A stretch of DNA of 64,000 bases from NCBI RefSeq assembly GCF_009914755.1, contig NC_060931.1. The stretch is one strand, 5' to 3'. The notes under the pieces are model-generated. The model did no database searches. It was not told the DNA's origin and saw nothing but the letters and a program-made list of their open reading frames with translations. The stretch is from the human T2T-CHM13v2.0 reference genome, Homo sapiens. This document shows positions 26,381-42,350 of this stretch, one piece after another. Position 1 is the stretch's first letter; each line of letters begins with the position of its first letter. Both the position numbers and the translations under genes were made by a program.

Positions 26381-26716
26381 TTTATACTTTTGCCCCCAGA
26401 GGCTCTCCATGGGACTCTCTGGCAGTATCATGACCAGAAATGCTTTCATGAGTATATCCACTAACTGAATCTGTAAATACTCTTTATCCTCGAAAGGTCC
26501 TTCATTCTTCCTGTAAAAAACTGTGGGAATAAGTGATTTAAATTGTCACCAGAACAAGCAACAACAGGGTTTGAGGATTAAGTGTGAAAAATTCAATTCT
26601 TTCTAGAAAATGTCCAGAGCTTTAGGCTAAAGTTGCATCATTTGTTTTGAAGCTGATGGGCTGAAATCCTAGAGCATGTCAGGAATTTTACTCAGTTTTG
26701 AGTTACTGTATAGTGA

Positions 26717-27073
<357 letters not shown>

Positions 27074-27372
27074 GTGAATGGCTTTTTTTGGACTGAAGAA
27101 AATCCAGCTTGCTGCTTTGCTAAGGACCTCACTTACTCAGCAGGCTGCCTGAAACACCAGAAAGGAATTAACAGCAGCATTGAAATTCAAAGGTTTCTCC
27201 AATTGTAAGTGATCTTTTTTGATTTTGATATGTGTCTGTTTCCCACTGGAGTTAGTGAGAAAGGTGAGCTAGGTTCTTCACCCCTCCTAGGGCATTCTTA
27301 AGAACTCTGCCTTCCCCACACCCTTGCCCTGAAGGGTAGGCATACAATTCCCCCCAGCCCAAGCCCATGGAG

Positions 27373-27375
<3 letters not shown>

Positions 27376-27415
<40 letters not shown>
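27376..27415. repeat. (AC)20 microsatellite
   Basis: Directly visible perfect repeat. Confidence 0.97.
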
Positions 27416-27419
<4 letters not shown>

Positions 27420-28245
27420 TCATGAACATAGAGACAAAGAGAATGAGAGCCTGTCTGGTCCCTTCAGACTGCTTTGCTGATTTTGATTTACAGACCATAT
27501 TGTAGCCTTTGCTCATTCCATTTATAGAACATAAATATTTCTTAGCCTCACAGTACTAACAGATAACATTTCTTTCTTGAATGTGCCATTTATGTTACCT
27601 CCTAACATCACAGTTATCTCTAAGGCATCTACATCAGGAGAAAATCAAAGTTAGTAATATCGACCCTGAGATTGGAATCCCCATCATTCCCTAAACAGGG
27701 AGAATGACCTCCTTACCTTTATTGACCTCAAGTTAGAATTCAGCTTTGAATTCCCAGTCTGGGTATCCATAGCCATAAAATTTCTGAATATCTTTAGGGA
27801 AGTCAAGTGGTATGAAAATACTTCAGTAGGTGGCTCTCCAGTTTCTGATTTAACTTGCGCTTAAATTTAGCTTCTTAAGTATCTTCTTAAGGGAAAGTAG
27901 TTCAGCAGGAGCCAAATACAATTGAAGTGCCTATCTCATCAAGTTGTGAGATCATCTAGGCGCTATTTCTTTCCCCAACTCTTTCTTTTCTTTTCTCATG
28001 AGTCTTAATTCTGTTTTTTATCTGGATATTAAAAAATAATCTGAGCCAACTTGGACAAATGCCATATTCTCCTCTATGATGCATTTTGCTTTGACTTGCA
28101 TCACCATGTTATAAATAAGACAAGCACGCATTTCTGGTACATGTATTCTATGCCCCACTTATGTAATGCATTAGGTTGAAGAAAACATATACGCATAGGC
28201 TGTATCCTGAGGGTCATTATAGCCTGTTGGGGAGATGAAAGTTCC

Positions 28246-28884
28246 ATCATCATAGCTAACACCTATTGATATGATTTGGGTTTATGTCCCTACCCAAATC
28301 TCATGTCAAATTATAATCCCCAGTGTTGGAGAAGGGGCGTGGTGGTAGGTGATGGAATCACAGGGGCAGACGTCCCCCTGGCTGTTCTCTGAGTAGTAAG
28401 TTCTCATGACATCTGGTTGTCTAAAAGTGTGTGGCACCTCTTCCTTCACTCTCTTCCTCCTGCTCCGGCCATGTGAAGACATGCCTTCTTCTTCTTTGCC
28501 TTCTGCCATGATTATAAATTTCCTGAGGCCTCCAGCCATGCTTCCTGTACAGCCTGTGGAACTGCAAGCCTATTAAACCTCTTTTCTTTATAAATTATCC
28601 AGTCTCAGGTATTTCTTTAAAGCAGTGAAAGAACATACTAATACACTTACTGAATAACAGGCTGGGCACTGTTTTGAGTGCTTTGGTATAGGAACTTCTT
28701 TACTCATCATAACAATCTTAGGAAGCAGGCACTATTAGTATCCTCTTCTCCAGATGTGGAAGCCGAGGTAAGTTGTTAGGAACCTTATCCAAGGTAATGG
28801 CTAGCAGTTGACAGAGTGGGATAAGTGCCTCAGAGTTCTAACTCCTGAACCCTGGATCTTAGCCACTATAGTAAACTGCCTCTC
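28246..28884 (-). mobile_element. MIR (MIRb-like) split by an MSTA LTR
   Basis: ggcactgttttgagtgcttt, cagatgtggaagccgagg, atccaagg, tcttagccactatagtaaactgcctctc. Confidence 0.75.
28267..28645 (+). mobile_element. MSTA solo LTR
   Basis: tgatatgatttgg ... gaacatactaataca. Confidence 0.9.
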
Positions 28885-30528
28885 CAAAAGCAAGTCAATT
28901 AGGGCTTTATCAGTCCCTGCTGCTCTTGAGAATGGAATTTCAGAAAATGTGCCAGGATTGGGCACTTGCCAGAATCAGGATTGAAGCTGTCCACTAAACC
29001 TTTCTCTGCTAGAGCCTTCCCAGCAGCCAATGCCAAGCAGATCCTCGCTCCTATCCAATTCCTTTCCCACTCCATGCCTTTGCTAAGGTAGTTCACAGCC
29101 TGTGATCTCCTTCACCTCGATAAGTCATGGACCCACTTTCAAGTTGTAACTAAAATTCCTTCTCCTTCTTTGTGCATCTTTTCTAATCTAGCCAAGGGTG
29201 AACACCTTTTCTAATCTACCCAAGGGTGAACGCTTTCTTTTTTTTTTTCCTTCTAGCAAATCTTCCTAACGTCACTCAAACAAATTTGAGTGCCTTGAAG
29301 CAAGAGGTATTTTGACATAAGACAGGGTTGTGTAGAAGACATTAAAATCAGGGTGATAATATTTAAGTTTAATCATCTATTTAATAGAACTCTTTCTTAG
29401 GGTCATGGAAACTGTCAGTGATATTAAAAATGGTTAACTGTTTCAGGGTCATTAATCTGGCAGAAAATGAACAATGGATTTCAGGGACAGACTAAATTAA
29501 GTTGAAGTTGCATAGTGAAGGGACTCAGTATATTTCTTAAGAGAATACAATTAATTAAAAACAAAGAAGTACTAATGACTAGAAAAGTAAGGGACAGTAA
29601 CTGGCCCATAGGAATTGACCTAATGTATACAGACAGAAAAAGCAGATAATTTGCATAACCTATTTATTTCAAAAAAATATGCAAAATATATCTTCTCCCC
29701 ATCCCAGGACCCAGGAAGCTTAGTTCTGAGGGAAAGCTGATATGCCTTACAGACTCCCACAATTCCTCATTGGGTCACATTTTTCACACTCTATTTACAT
29801 CTAACTTTCTACAAAACTGCATTACAAATATAACTACTTCTCTAAATAACTTGTAGCTTCTTGGGGACAAGTTCCCATTTCCTCACTTTGTCAAGGGAGG
29901 TGTGACATACAGCAGGTGGGAGGCACATCATCTTGAGATCTCAGCCCAGCTTTTATTTTCCATAATGTGTACATCCTTACAGATTAAATAGCACAAACTG
30001 AGTATTTGAGAATATGCTTCACTTACTAGTGAGAAAAAAAATTAATAAATGAATACTTCAGGCCCAGAAGAGGGAGAAGAGATAACCAAGCAAATGGAAT
30101 GGGTCTGTCGGGTGTCACAGCTAAAGGGCCTACCCTTCGTTTCTCAGGCAAAATTGTATCCAGGGTAAGAGACCCCAGTTATGGGAAAAGTGCTGCTTAG
30201 TGAGTCTATGCAGAGATCTCCCAGAATTCTCAGCATAATTCTCTTTCTAGTTCTTCAGATAAGCACAGGAGCAGGTGAGCACAAGCTGTACCTGGAAGGG
30301 TCTGGTAGACCAGAATAAGAGTCAAAGAACAGACAGGACCGTGGGCACGTGACCAAATGTCAGATGCTTGTGTTGACGTATACATTTGAGAAAGAGTTTT
30401 GGCCTCCATCCATAATATTCTAAAAATTAGATAAAATCTTGTATAATGGGGAGAGGTTGGAGGGACTCTTTACTAAAGAACAGGTTTGTAACTACTCTGG
30501 AGAAGTGGGAATTTAAAATGTAAATTAA

Positions 30529-30873
<345 letters not shown>

Positions 30874-31509
30874 TCAACAGAGTTTCATACCTACTATGTG
30901 TGGAAGCACTCAAAGAAGAAAATAAATATGACTGTCAGTTCCACCACCACAAATGAACCACTGCTGAAGTGTCCATGCCCTTCTTCGCAGTTTTCTTTTC
31001 TGAGGTATTTATGTGTTAACAAACAAAACAGCAGCACAAATTCTTAGTCATCTCTGCTAAGCCTCTTAGGGGAAGAGCGCCATCTGCCTTCACGAGTAGA
31101 TGTTTAACAACACTTCCTTAGACGCCTCCAGTGCATGTCCTGAAAGAAGAGGGAGTCACAAAGGGGATTTGAGGTAGCTGAATTTTCTAGAATAGATTTG
31201 AGAGTAAAAAAGAGAGATATCAAAATAACAGAGGAATGTGGTGCCATGAAATGTCTTAGATGAGAAATCTCCATTGTCAGGGATTTTTCAAAGACATTTC
31301 AGGAAGTCCATCTCGAGTATACAGTTCCACTGGGTTTGAACTGTGCTTCACTCCAATTCCTCTCCACTACATAACATAATCTATAAAAGTGGCCTTATTT
31401 GATAACTTCTGTTGTACTTTTGAGAGCTCTTTTCCAGGTAATGGTTGATCAAAGCTCAGAGAGAGAACAGCTGGGACTACGATGCAGGCGGTTAAAAAAA
31501 ATAAAAATA

Positions 31510-31910
<401 letters not shown>

Positions 31911-31929
31911 TTAATTCACATCCCAAACA

Positions 31930-32290
31930 CAATAATCTCATGTAGGTGTGACTCTAGCTGGGCTAAGGAGAGTTCCACACATTCCATGAATTCTTAGGTC
32001 AGAAGTGGACATGTGACCCAATTCTGGCCAAACGGAAGTGAGGAAAGGTTTGCTGAAAACTAAATACATTCTTTAATCACAGTTGACAGTTATAGAGCCA
32101 GCCCTCCTCTTCTTTCTGGACATCAAAAAGGAAACGCATCCCCCCACTTCCTCCTGGCATCCACTTTCCATCAGCAAAAGGGCTCAGATTTACGCCAAGT
32201 TTGATTTTCACAGGAGAGGGGAAAACGCCAACTACCGGCCTCTCGACTGACATCTTTGAACCATGCAGCTGTCCACTCTGGAGCTACTTT
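31930..32290 (+). mobile_element. Old LTR (MLT1J/K-like)
   Basis: gtggacatgtgacccaattctggcca...gaagtg; tgacatctttgaacca. Confidence 0.45.
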
Positions 32291-32859
32291 GCCCACTCGG
32301 CCAGCTCTGCTGCATTAATCCCTAATGTATACTGGAAATCACATGCCAGGATTGTATTTAGTCTTCTTACTTCTATATTAATGGAAAGAATTGGTCAGCA
32401 CTTTTATTCTTGATGTCTCTGCTTGATGGACATTAACTATGGAATGTACATGTAGCATTTTTAGAGTTAAGTTGTTAACATGTCTTATGCATTTCCATGG
32501 TTATTGGTCTAATCAAGCTTATTCATTTTGTTGCTAATTTAACTAAATTAATTGCTCAGAAAATGGTCCGTTTTTAAATTTATTGGCAAATACTTCTGCA
32601 TAACAATCTCTTAAATTTTAATGCCCTCTTTATATTTACTTAGATTTTCTTTCTTATTCAATGTTTAGTATGTTTTCCATATTTCTGATTAGATTTAGTT
32701 GAGGTTGACCTACTTTATCTTATTTTTAAAGATTAGCATTTGTTAAATTTAAAGTTTTATGTTAACTATTTTCTAAAAGAAAATTTTCTCTTTTATCTCT
32801 CCAGGTATCCTTTATTGTTTTTGAGTTTTTCTAAATTGTTTCTTTAAAAACTTACTTCA

Positions 32860-33160
32860 GGCCGGGCGCGGTGGCTCACGTTTGTAATCCCAGCACTTTG
32901 GGAGGCCGAGGCGGGTGGATCATGAGGTCAGGAGATGGAGACCATCCTGGCTAACACGATGAAACCCCATCTCTACTAAAAGTACAAAAAAATTAGCCAG
33001 GCGTGGTGGTGGGCACCTGCAGTCCCAGCTACTCAGGAGGCTGAGGCAGTAGAATGGTGTGAACCCTGGAGGTGGAGCTTGCAGTCAGCAGACATTGCAC
33101 CACACTCCAGCCTGGGCAACAGAGCGAGACTCCATCTCAAAACAAAACAAAGCAAAACGA
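32860..33160 (+). mobile_element. AluY
   Basis: AluY diagnostics; (CAAAA)n tail; degraded TSD ending cttca. Confidence 0.93.
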
Positions 33161-33234
33161 AAAATTGCTTCATTATTATTTTATTTAATTATTAATAAAT
33201 AAAGTAATTTGCAAGATTGTGGTTTTTCCACTGA

Positions 33235-33572
<338 letters not shown>

Positions 33573-34119
33573 TGAGGTGTGAGCACCTGGGGCTCCTGTT
33601 CTCAGCCACATTCTCAGTCACAGCCCCATTCTGCTGCAGATTCCATTATTGTCCCCCTCCTTCCCCAGCACTGTCATACTGTGGTGAAACTTGGTCTTAG
33701 AATAAATGTTGAGGAAAATTATTTGGTTAAATAACTTTGGTTCATGGAGCATTTCTCCAGCCTTTTAATCACTGTAGAGTGCTTCTCTACCTACAGAGAG
33801 ACAAAAGCTGGGGAAGTGGTTGTTTTTGTTTTGTTTGTTTGTTTTTCTCTCTTCCTGGTCCGACTGCTACGTTTCAGGTACTTAGCCTTGCCTCAGTTAC
33901 TGGAAATCACTCTTGTATCTGTATAGGCTCTGTGTGAGGTGACTTTCTGCCACAGCATTTTAAGAATCTGTCCCATAGGTTTCCTGTTGTGACCCATTAC
34001 ACAGTTACCCGCTGCCGTAGAATTTTCTCCTTGGTCCATTTGCAAGCCAGGGAACCCTGGAGTCCTGCACGGTGGCAGGTCTAGGCTACTGGATTTCTAG
34101 GATAAGAGGCCTGCCCAAG

Positions 34120-34729
34120 AAGAACTGAGTCAGCATCTCCATCTAGAATCTTCAAGCTCAGGTGATGTACCACAAGTCAACCCAACGAACTGAGAAATTG
34201 TAAGTCACTGTTGTTTTAAGTCAGTAGTTTTGGAGGTTTTCTTTAGGCAATAGATAACTGAAACAGAAATCTGACCCTAGAATTGGATGATACCATGCAG
34301 TTTTAAAAAAACATGTGGCATTGTAGTTGGGGCCAGGTAGTAAATGGAGGATGGTTAGGAGACAATGAATTTCTTAAAAACGTAAATGAACTGTTACAAG
34401 CAATTTCTCTATAGGAAGTGTGTGATGGTGTCTTATATAACTTGATTAGAAAATGCAACACAAGGGTAATAGCTATGGAGGCTGGAATTACTATTGAAGG
34501 ATCCTTCCCTTTGTTGGAAGTAATTCCTAAAAAATTGATAGGCTCATAACTTGGAACATTCCAGAAGAAAGTAGTTATTTGACATGGTTCTTACTAGCTA
34601 AATATTGTAACTTACTTACAACCTGGAGATGAGAGGTTTGCAGAGCTTGCAGAATAAATGTGAACATCCAGTAGTGCAAACTGTTCTAAAGCTGAAGTTG
34701 GAAAATTGGTTGATCAAAACATTCAAGTA
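34120..34729 (+). mobile_element. Old MLT1 LTR 3' part plus MLT1-int start
   Basis: tgttgttttaagtca...gcaatagataactgaaaca, then gaaatctgaccctagaattgg...atgtggcattg. Confidence 0.6.
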
Positions 34730-35340
<611 letters not shown>

Positions 35341-36299
35341 TTTAACTATTTTCATTGTATCTAACTTTTTCAAAGATACACACTAGGGTTATCCAGAAAA
35401 GGTGGGGAAGCCACAGTAACAGATCTTCCAGGCAGTTTCACTGCCATTGGTCACATTTGTTTGATCCAAGATACATCTTAAAAGAAGTAAACATCTTCAA
35501 GAAACAGAATTAAGAAGTAAATGAATTCAGAAAAGGAGTTTGTGACATCTACACATGTTCTCCCAACCCCCTTCCCACCACTAGCAGCTCTTGTATAGGC
35601 AGACATACAGCTAGAGCTATCTTTTGCCTTTATAACACATCACATTCAACCAAGTCGATCATAAGCATGTGGTCCCCCACTGGAGAGCAAGTCCCCCATA
35701 TAGCTTTATAGTTCAAGGGCAACTGGAGTTCTGAGCTAGGGTCAAGATTTGCTCAGCACACAGGCTTTCCTTACTCCAGTCACCCCTCCGCTGGGCTCCT
35801 GCTTCTTGTCTGAGATGGGCCTCATGGCTGCATCTCAAGGGTCATATGGAGCAGCTCCCTGCTCATCTCCTTTTCCCAGGGTATTACTAGGCTCAGCTGT
35901 AGCCATGGCCAAGCGGACTGCTGCCAGGCATCTCTTCACTGCATTCCTCTTTAGAGAGCTTAGTGAAGGTTTTCCACATGTATTTGCTTAACTTGAATTA
36001 GCAAAATAGGAAAATACCGAGGAATTGTGATTCTTCGTTTGTATACAAGAGATTTTCTGCTCCAAATCCTTACTTATGTGGCAAACTCCTTCTAGTTTTA
36101 TCTTTGTTGATTTAGCTTAAACATCCTCTCCTCTGTGAAGCTTTCTTTGATATAGCTCCTCAAAATTCTTTGCCTAATAAGGAATTCTATTATTGGCACT
36201 CCTATAGCATCCTTGCATATCGACATTTATTCGAGTAAAAGTAGTGGCAATCGGTATTTGGAACTACACTTATATATCAACACTTTAAAATATATTCTT

Positions 36300-36488
36300 G
36301 GCCAGGCATGGTGGCTCATGCACGTAATCCCAGCACTTTGGGAGGCCAAGGCTGGTAGATCGCTTGAGTTCAAGAGTTTAAGATCGGCCTGGGCAACAGA
36401 GCAAAACTCCATCTCTATATTTAAAAAAAAACACACACACATAAAAATTAGCTGTGTGTGGTGGCGTGTGCCTCTAGTCCCAGCTACT
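36300..36488 (+). mobile_element. AluJ, 3'-truncated
   Basis: gatcgcttgagttcaagag, ctgggcaacagagcaaaac; stops at cccagctact. Confidence 0.85.
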
Positions 36489-37571
36489 GAGACTAAAACA
36501 AATAAAATGTTCTCATTGTGCTGATGAACAAAGGAAACATAAGAGAAGCTATTCAACTAGCAAGTGGTAGAGCCCATTTTCTTTTTTTCCAACAAAGCAT
36601 GCTACATATAGGTCTTCCAGTACTGTAATTAATTGAATATGTATTATTCACTTCACAGACTGAATTTCTTGTAAAAAGAAATCATATCTTGTTAATTTAC
36701 ATTGTTTTCCATTTAACATGCATGGAACAGTTGCATGATATAAAATTCATGCTTGCTAGTCAGCTAGACAGATGTTTTCAAAGTTATAGGTTAAGTTTAC
36801 GTTCTGCTCATATTCTTCGCTTAGTAAAAGTTTTGTTAGTATCGAGAATGAAACAAATTTCAATACTTTCTATTTAGATGTGCTTATTCTGCATATATAG
36901 ATGATGAAATTGTGATATCGTGCTTTGATTTTATTTTTTCTTGATGGACAGGCCACAAATTATTCACATTACATTTGCCATGTTCTTTATCTAGGTGGGT
37001 TTAACCTCTATAGAACCTATGAATACTCATGGTCTTTTTTTAGAGGACATTCAATTGCCTCTAATCAAAACTAGTATATATTTAAATGTTAAGTAGATGT
37101 TATTTCTGATTACTGTATCTAAAGGTTTTTCGTGTCCATGGCCAAATATAACAAAGTCAAACTTAATTGAATTTTTTGAAATTCAAAGATATCATCATCT
37201 CTAACATTTCAAGAAATTCATTAGCCCTTTCAGCCTATTCCTGTGGAATGCCTTCGCACCAACAAATGTTAATTTAGCTTGTCCTTAATTTACATAATCA
37301 CCACACAGCATAACACAAGTCAAGGTAAAAAAGAATGGAAGTAGAGTTATGCTGGTGATGTTGTTCATGTGCTGTGATTTGAAAAATGCAAAACTGTCCC
37401 ATCTGCCAAACCAAATCTCTGGCCCCGTTTTGCATTTCCTGAAGTTCAGTGTTCTACTCTTAGTAGAGGGATGTTTGACTTTCTAATCAGGACCTCCCTG
37501 GGGATACAAAGTGATAAATTGAAGACAGAAGCCAGTCTAGTGGTCTAGTGTATATCATTCTAGGAAGTTCC

Positions 37572-37871
37572 TTTTTTTTTTTTTGGAGACGGGGAGTCTC
37601 ACTCTTGTCACCCAGTCTAGAGTGAAATGGTGCCATCTCAGCTCACTGCAACCTCTGCCTCCCGGGTTCAAGTGATTCTCCTGTCTCAGCCTCCTGAGTA
37701 GCTGGGATTACAGGCACCCACCACCATGCCTGGCTAATTTTTTGTATTTTTAGTAGAGACCGGGTTTCGTCATGCTGGGCAGGCTGGTCTCAAACTCCTG
37801 ACCTCAGGTGATCTGCCGGCCTTGGCCTTCCAAAGTGCTGGTATTACAGGCATGAGCCACCATGCCCAGCC
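37572..37871 (-). mobile_element. AluS (Sq-like)
   Basis: ctcactcttgtc extra-T diagnostic; TSD ggaagttc. Confidence 0.93.
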
Positions 37872-38347
37872 GGAAGTTCTTTTGTTTATAGTTCCCACAT
37901 CAGCGAATTGGTTGTGAACTGTGCTGCCGTAAGCCCAACCCAAAAATGTGAGTATTCACAGCCCCAAATCCCTATCCATATTACTCTATTCTCCCTGGCC
38001 TACTCCAGAGTACATCACCATAACAACCCATAGTCTGCAATAAACAGAGACACCATCATCAAGAAAGGCAGCAGACACACCTCTACAATATGAATGTCAC
38101 CTACGATTCAGGGAGGTTTGTTCTCAGGACTCCTATGTGATTTTCTTGGAAGCTCTCAGTTTTCTGCACTTCTTAATTCCATGGAATCCTCCCTTGAAAA
38201 TCTGCATTTGGATCAGGGCTCTCCTGAGGTCCTGCTGGCAGAGATATTGCTTAGAGCCATGTGTTTTCTGCCACTTTCATCATCAGTGAGTGAGCAAATA
38301 CAAAGACAGCACAGATCATAAAAAGTAAATATGAAGATGGAAAAAAA

Positions 38348-38686
38348 TATATATATTTATATATTTATATATATTTATATAGTTATATATATTTATATAT
38401 ATATTTATATAGTTATATATATTTATATAGTTATATATATTTATATATTTATATAGTTATATATTTATATATATTTATATATTTATATATAGTTATATAT
38501 TTATATATATTTATATATTTATATATTTATATATATTTATATATTTATATATATTTATATATTTATATATTTATATATATTTATATATTTATATATATTT
38601 ATATATTTATATATATTTATATACAAAATATATTTTGTATAATACAAAAAATATTATATACAAAATATATATATACATATATATAT
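38348..38686. repeat. ~340-bp (TATATT/TATATATT)n AT minisatellite grown from an Alu tail
   Basis: Directly visible; abuts the antisense Alu at 38687. Confidence 0.95.
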
Positions 38687-38958
38687 TTTGAGATGGAATC
38701 TCATTCTGCTGCCCAGACTGGAGTGCAGTGACACGATATTTGCTCACTGCAACCTCCGCCTCTCAAGTTCAAGCTATTCTCCTGCCTCAGCCCCCCTGAG
38801 TAGCTGGGATTACAGGCACGTGCCAACACGCCCGGCCAATTTTTGTATTTTTAGTGGAGACAGGGTTTCGCCATGTTGGCCATGCTGGTCTCAAACTCCT
38901 GACCTCAAGTCATCCTCCTGCCTTGGCCTCCCAAAGTGCTGGGATTACAGGCGTGAGC
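38687..38958 (-). mobile_element. AluS (Sx/Sz-like)
   Basis: Antisense Alu body lacking ~13 nt of the 5' end. Confidence 0.92.
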
Positions 38959-40509
38959 AATATAATTCCTTTGCATAGTGCTTTATTCTTTTGAGTCTTC
39001 TGAACATTCCTGCAGTGAAGAAACCGGTTTATCTAATTTAGTTTCCAAAACTTACTTGAGCACTGATGAGGGAGCAAATTTTAAAATCTCTGTGCATATC
39101 TATGGAGTTATGAGATAAAAGGAAGTATAGCATATCACCAGAAATGTCACATTGAATAAAGGAATATCTCAGAGGACAAAAAGAGAAGGATGTGCTTTTT
39201 CCTGCAAGGAGGCACGGAGGTGTCCACCCACCTTATCTCCCTCAGCATTCAGAGGGAGGTCCAGTTTGGCTCACAGCAATTCTTTTGAGTACTTCCTTTA
39301 TTCAGTTCACTGAAAATCACCCACTGATATCCATTTCTCAGTACTTTATAAAGTACTGACAAACTTAAAGTTTGAGGATTTTTCTGCCAAATGCGAACTC
39401 CCCTGAGAAGAGCAGGTAAGTAGGCCCTTGTCAGAGGTTTTCCAAGGTATTGTCATATAGGGAGCTGGGCATGGCTCACAGTGTAGACTAAAGGGAGGAC
39501 TATCTGGAGTATCACGTACTGCATTGTACAGCCTCTCTGAGAGTCCGTTCTATGTGTCTCTGTGTGTCGGTAGGGTAAGGGCAGGCAGTGCCCTAGGAAG
39601 GCAAGCTAGGAGAGCAAAAGCCTCAGCTGGAGAAGCAGGGACACCAGGCACAGAATGCAGCTACTCCTCAATCCTGCCATAGGCAAGCACTGGCCGCAGC
39701 TCTCTGCAGCAGAAGGAGGTCGAGCCTTATAGTAGCACTTCTTATTTATTGTGACATTCTGTTACTGTTCGCTGGATAAATATGGGATTTTTGTTGCAAG
39801 AACTATTGATCCTTTCAAGCATCATAAATTCTCCCCAAGAAAAGAAACAAATCTGGGCAAATAAGCTAAGTTTTACTTTGTCTTTATAATCTAAATAATA
39901 AAAATCTATATACTTTAGAAACAAGACCACACAGAGACCCTTACTAAAAAAGCTTCTGAAAGTTATATTTTCCCATTTTTAAAATCTTAACTGTTGCATC
40001 CAAATACTAATTAGATTGTAAGATTCTGAAAGCTTCCTTGTAGCATTTTTTATCATACCTGCAACAAAATTATATATATATAATATATACATATGTATAT
40101 ATATATGATAAATGTTTTTCTCAAGGAATGAGATTGCAGAGCTAAATGTCTTTTCAAAATACAACCATTACTAAAGACATATGATAACTTTTTTTCAACA
40201 GTAAGTTACGGTAGTTGGGCTTTTTCTGGTTACAAGATTATTTCTGAGTTGTGAAAATTCTCTGTCCATGTTTTTTCCTGTATTACCATGTTCTTCTCTC
40301 ATATCCCCCATTCAATCTTGGTTGCCACTGAGACAGACAGAAAGCAGAAGAACACTTTTTTTTCTCACATCTGTAATGGAAACCTTAGCAGCAGACACTA
40401 ACTGCTCCAGGTCTGCCAAACAGATGGATTTACTCTCCAACTTACTGCATCCTGGTTTTTTTTTTTTTAATGCTACTTATCTTTTGTCACCAAATCCTGT
40501 GGTATGAAG

Positions 40510-40640
40510 AGAATATAATGTGTCTGTGGATATCATAAGCTTATAGTAAGCAAGGGGTCTACTGTGTGTTTCCCTTCTAGGCCCAGCAAAATATGAACAC
40601 AGAAGATGCACAAATATTTGCTAAATAAATAAATTAATGA
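40510..40640 (+). mobile_element. L2 3' tail fragment
   Basis: ggcccagca...cacagaagatgcacaaatatttgctaaataaataaattaatga. Confidence 0.55.
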
Positions 40641-42224
40641 GAAAGTTTTTTTCCCAATCAAAATATTACTTTCACAGCAGCTTGCTTTATATATTTTCTA
40701 GAAGACATCAGATCACTCAGTATGACCTATTACTCCTTTAGCTTCCTGTAATGTGTCATTATTTATTCAGTCTTTAGAGGAATTTTGAATCACCACAAAT
40801 ATCTGGACATTGGGGGATAAATTACAAGACTGCTAGTTTTCTCTTTATTTACTATTCTAGTAAAATACAACGTTAACAGATGTATCTTATGGTGGAACGT
40901 GCATACACTCCTCTGACTGAAGAGTAAGTGACTGAGGTAACCTTTCTAAAACCATAATTGGCCAATTATTACTTAATGAAATACATATCTACAGTGTTTC
41001 CTAGTTTAGGCTCAAAATAACCAGACTTTTCTTTGGTCAAAATGAGAACAATTTTAACCTGCAAAAGTTATTTCTTAAATAATCTTTTTGTATGTTTAAA
41101 AGAGAAAATCTCACAAGATATATTGAATTATAGATATTAAAACAAATATATTTTCAAAGCCCTTCACAGGAAATGGTAACCTTTTCTAAGCTAGGACTAG
41201 AGCTATTTATTTTGCTTCACAGGAAACAGTACAGATTAGCCAAAATCATGATGCTAACATATGCTATGAGTAACTCGGATATGAGTCTAGTTTAAGAGCG
41301 TATGGTCTTTCTTTTTTCCTATCTACAAGGTGCAGGGTTACTTATCCAAAAGAAGTGCTCACCATGGAAAGTAAGTGACCAACTGGTGGGCAGGATTGTG
41401 GCATCCACCCGAGTTTCCATTAGGCAATCAATCTTGCTTTTCCTTTTCCTCACAAAGCCCATGCCACAGGCCCAAAGTTACTGGCAAGTTGCCCTGCTTG
41501 TCCCAAATAATAGGAGGAGGATAGACTTTTAATACAGAGATAACATAACTCTGAAATTGTCGCAGTGTTGTGTCAGCTGGGAAAGCTTCAATTGGTGTCA
41601 TTATGCCCTTGCTTCCCCACCTGTGGTGAGGTGCATGCACGACCTCTCTCCCGGAACATTAGGGGAAGGAGCGTCCGCAGAGCCCAGAGCCCTGTGCTCC
41701 TCCGATGGAGCTGCTGCAATTAGTATTCCAGAGGTCTCCTGACATGCTGTAGACAGCTCTGCAGCCTCAGCCTTCAATCTGGATCAGGGATGAGGCAGTT
41801 TACATTTAGTTTGGGAAATTGATTTTAGTAGAGAAGAAGGTGTGATGGAAATGGAGGGATACATAATGAAAAATACCGTTTAATGTTATGGTTGTGAACA
41901 TGGGCATTTAGATGATAATTTTGATGTTCCTGATGGTATTTCAACAGGAACAGAGCTACCAGACCAGTGCGCTCAAACACATCCTCAACACAAGGCATTT
42001 ACCGCTCCCGTGTCATATCCTAAGAAGAGCTTGCCTCATGCTTTATTCTCAGAAAGTCTGGTAAAACAAAAGGCATGTGTAATTTAGAACTGTAAGATTA
42101 TATAACACCATTATTTATATATTTTATGTCAAAATTTAAGTCCTGGTAATGTCTAAGGAGTTATTTCCTTATATGATGTGTGATTTCATTCAGTAAAGAA
42201 AGTACGTAACACTTTGGATTATAT

Positions 42225-42350
42225 ATTCATTAATTCATCTATAAATGTATATTTTACACTTACATTGTGCTAATCTTCATGTAATATATATGCTGGGGAC
42301 ACAGCAACACAATACTCCTCTATGATCCCTGCTTTCATGGTATTCCAAAA
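42225..42350 (-). mobile_element. L2 3' fragment
   Basis: ttcattaattcatc...tgctggggacacagca...tccctgctttcatgg. Confidence 0.55.

Noticed and set aside
35749-35991. 80-aa ORF in GC-richer unique-looking DNA
   Set aside because: Non-ATG start, no recognisable homology and no supported splice structure.
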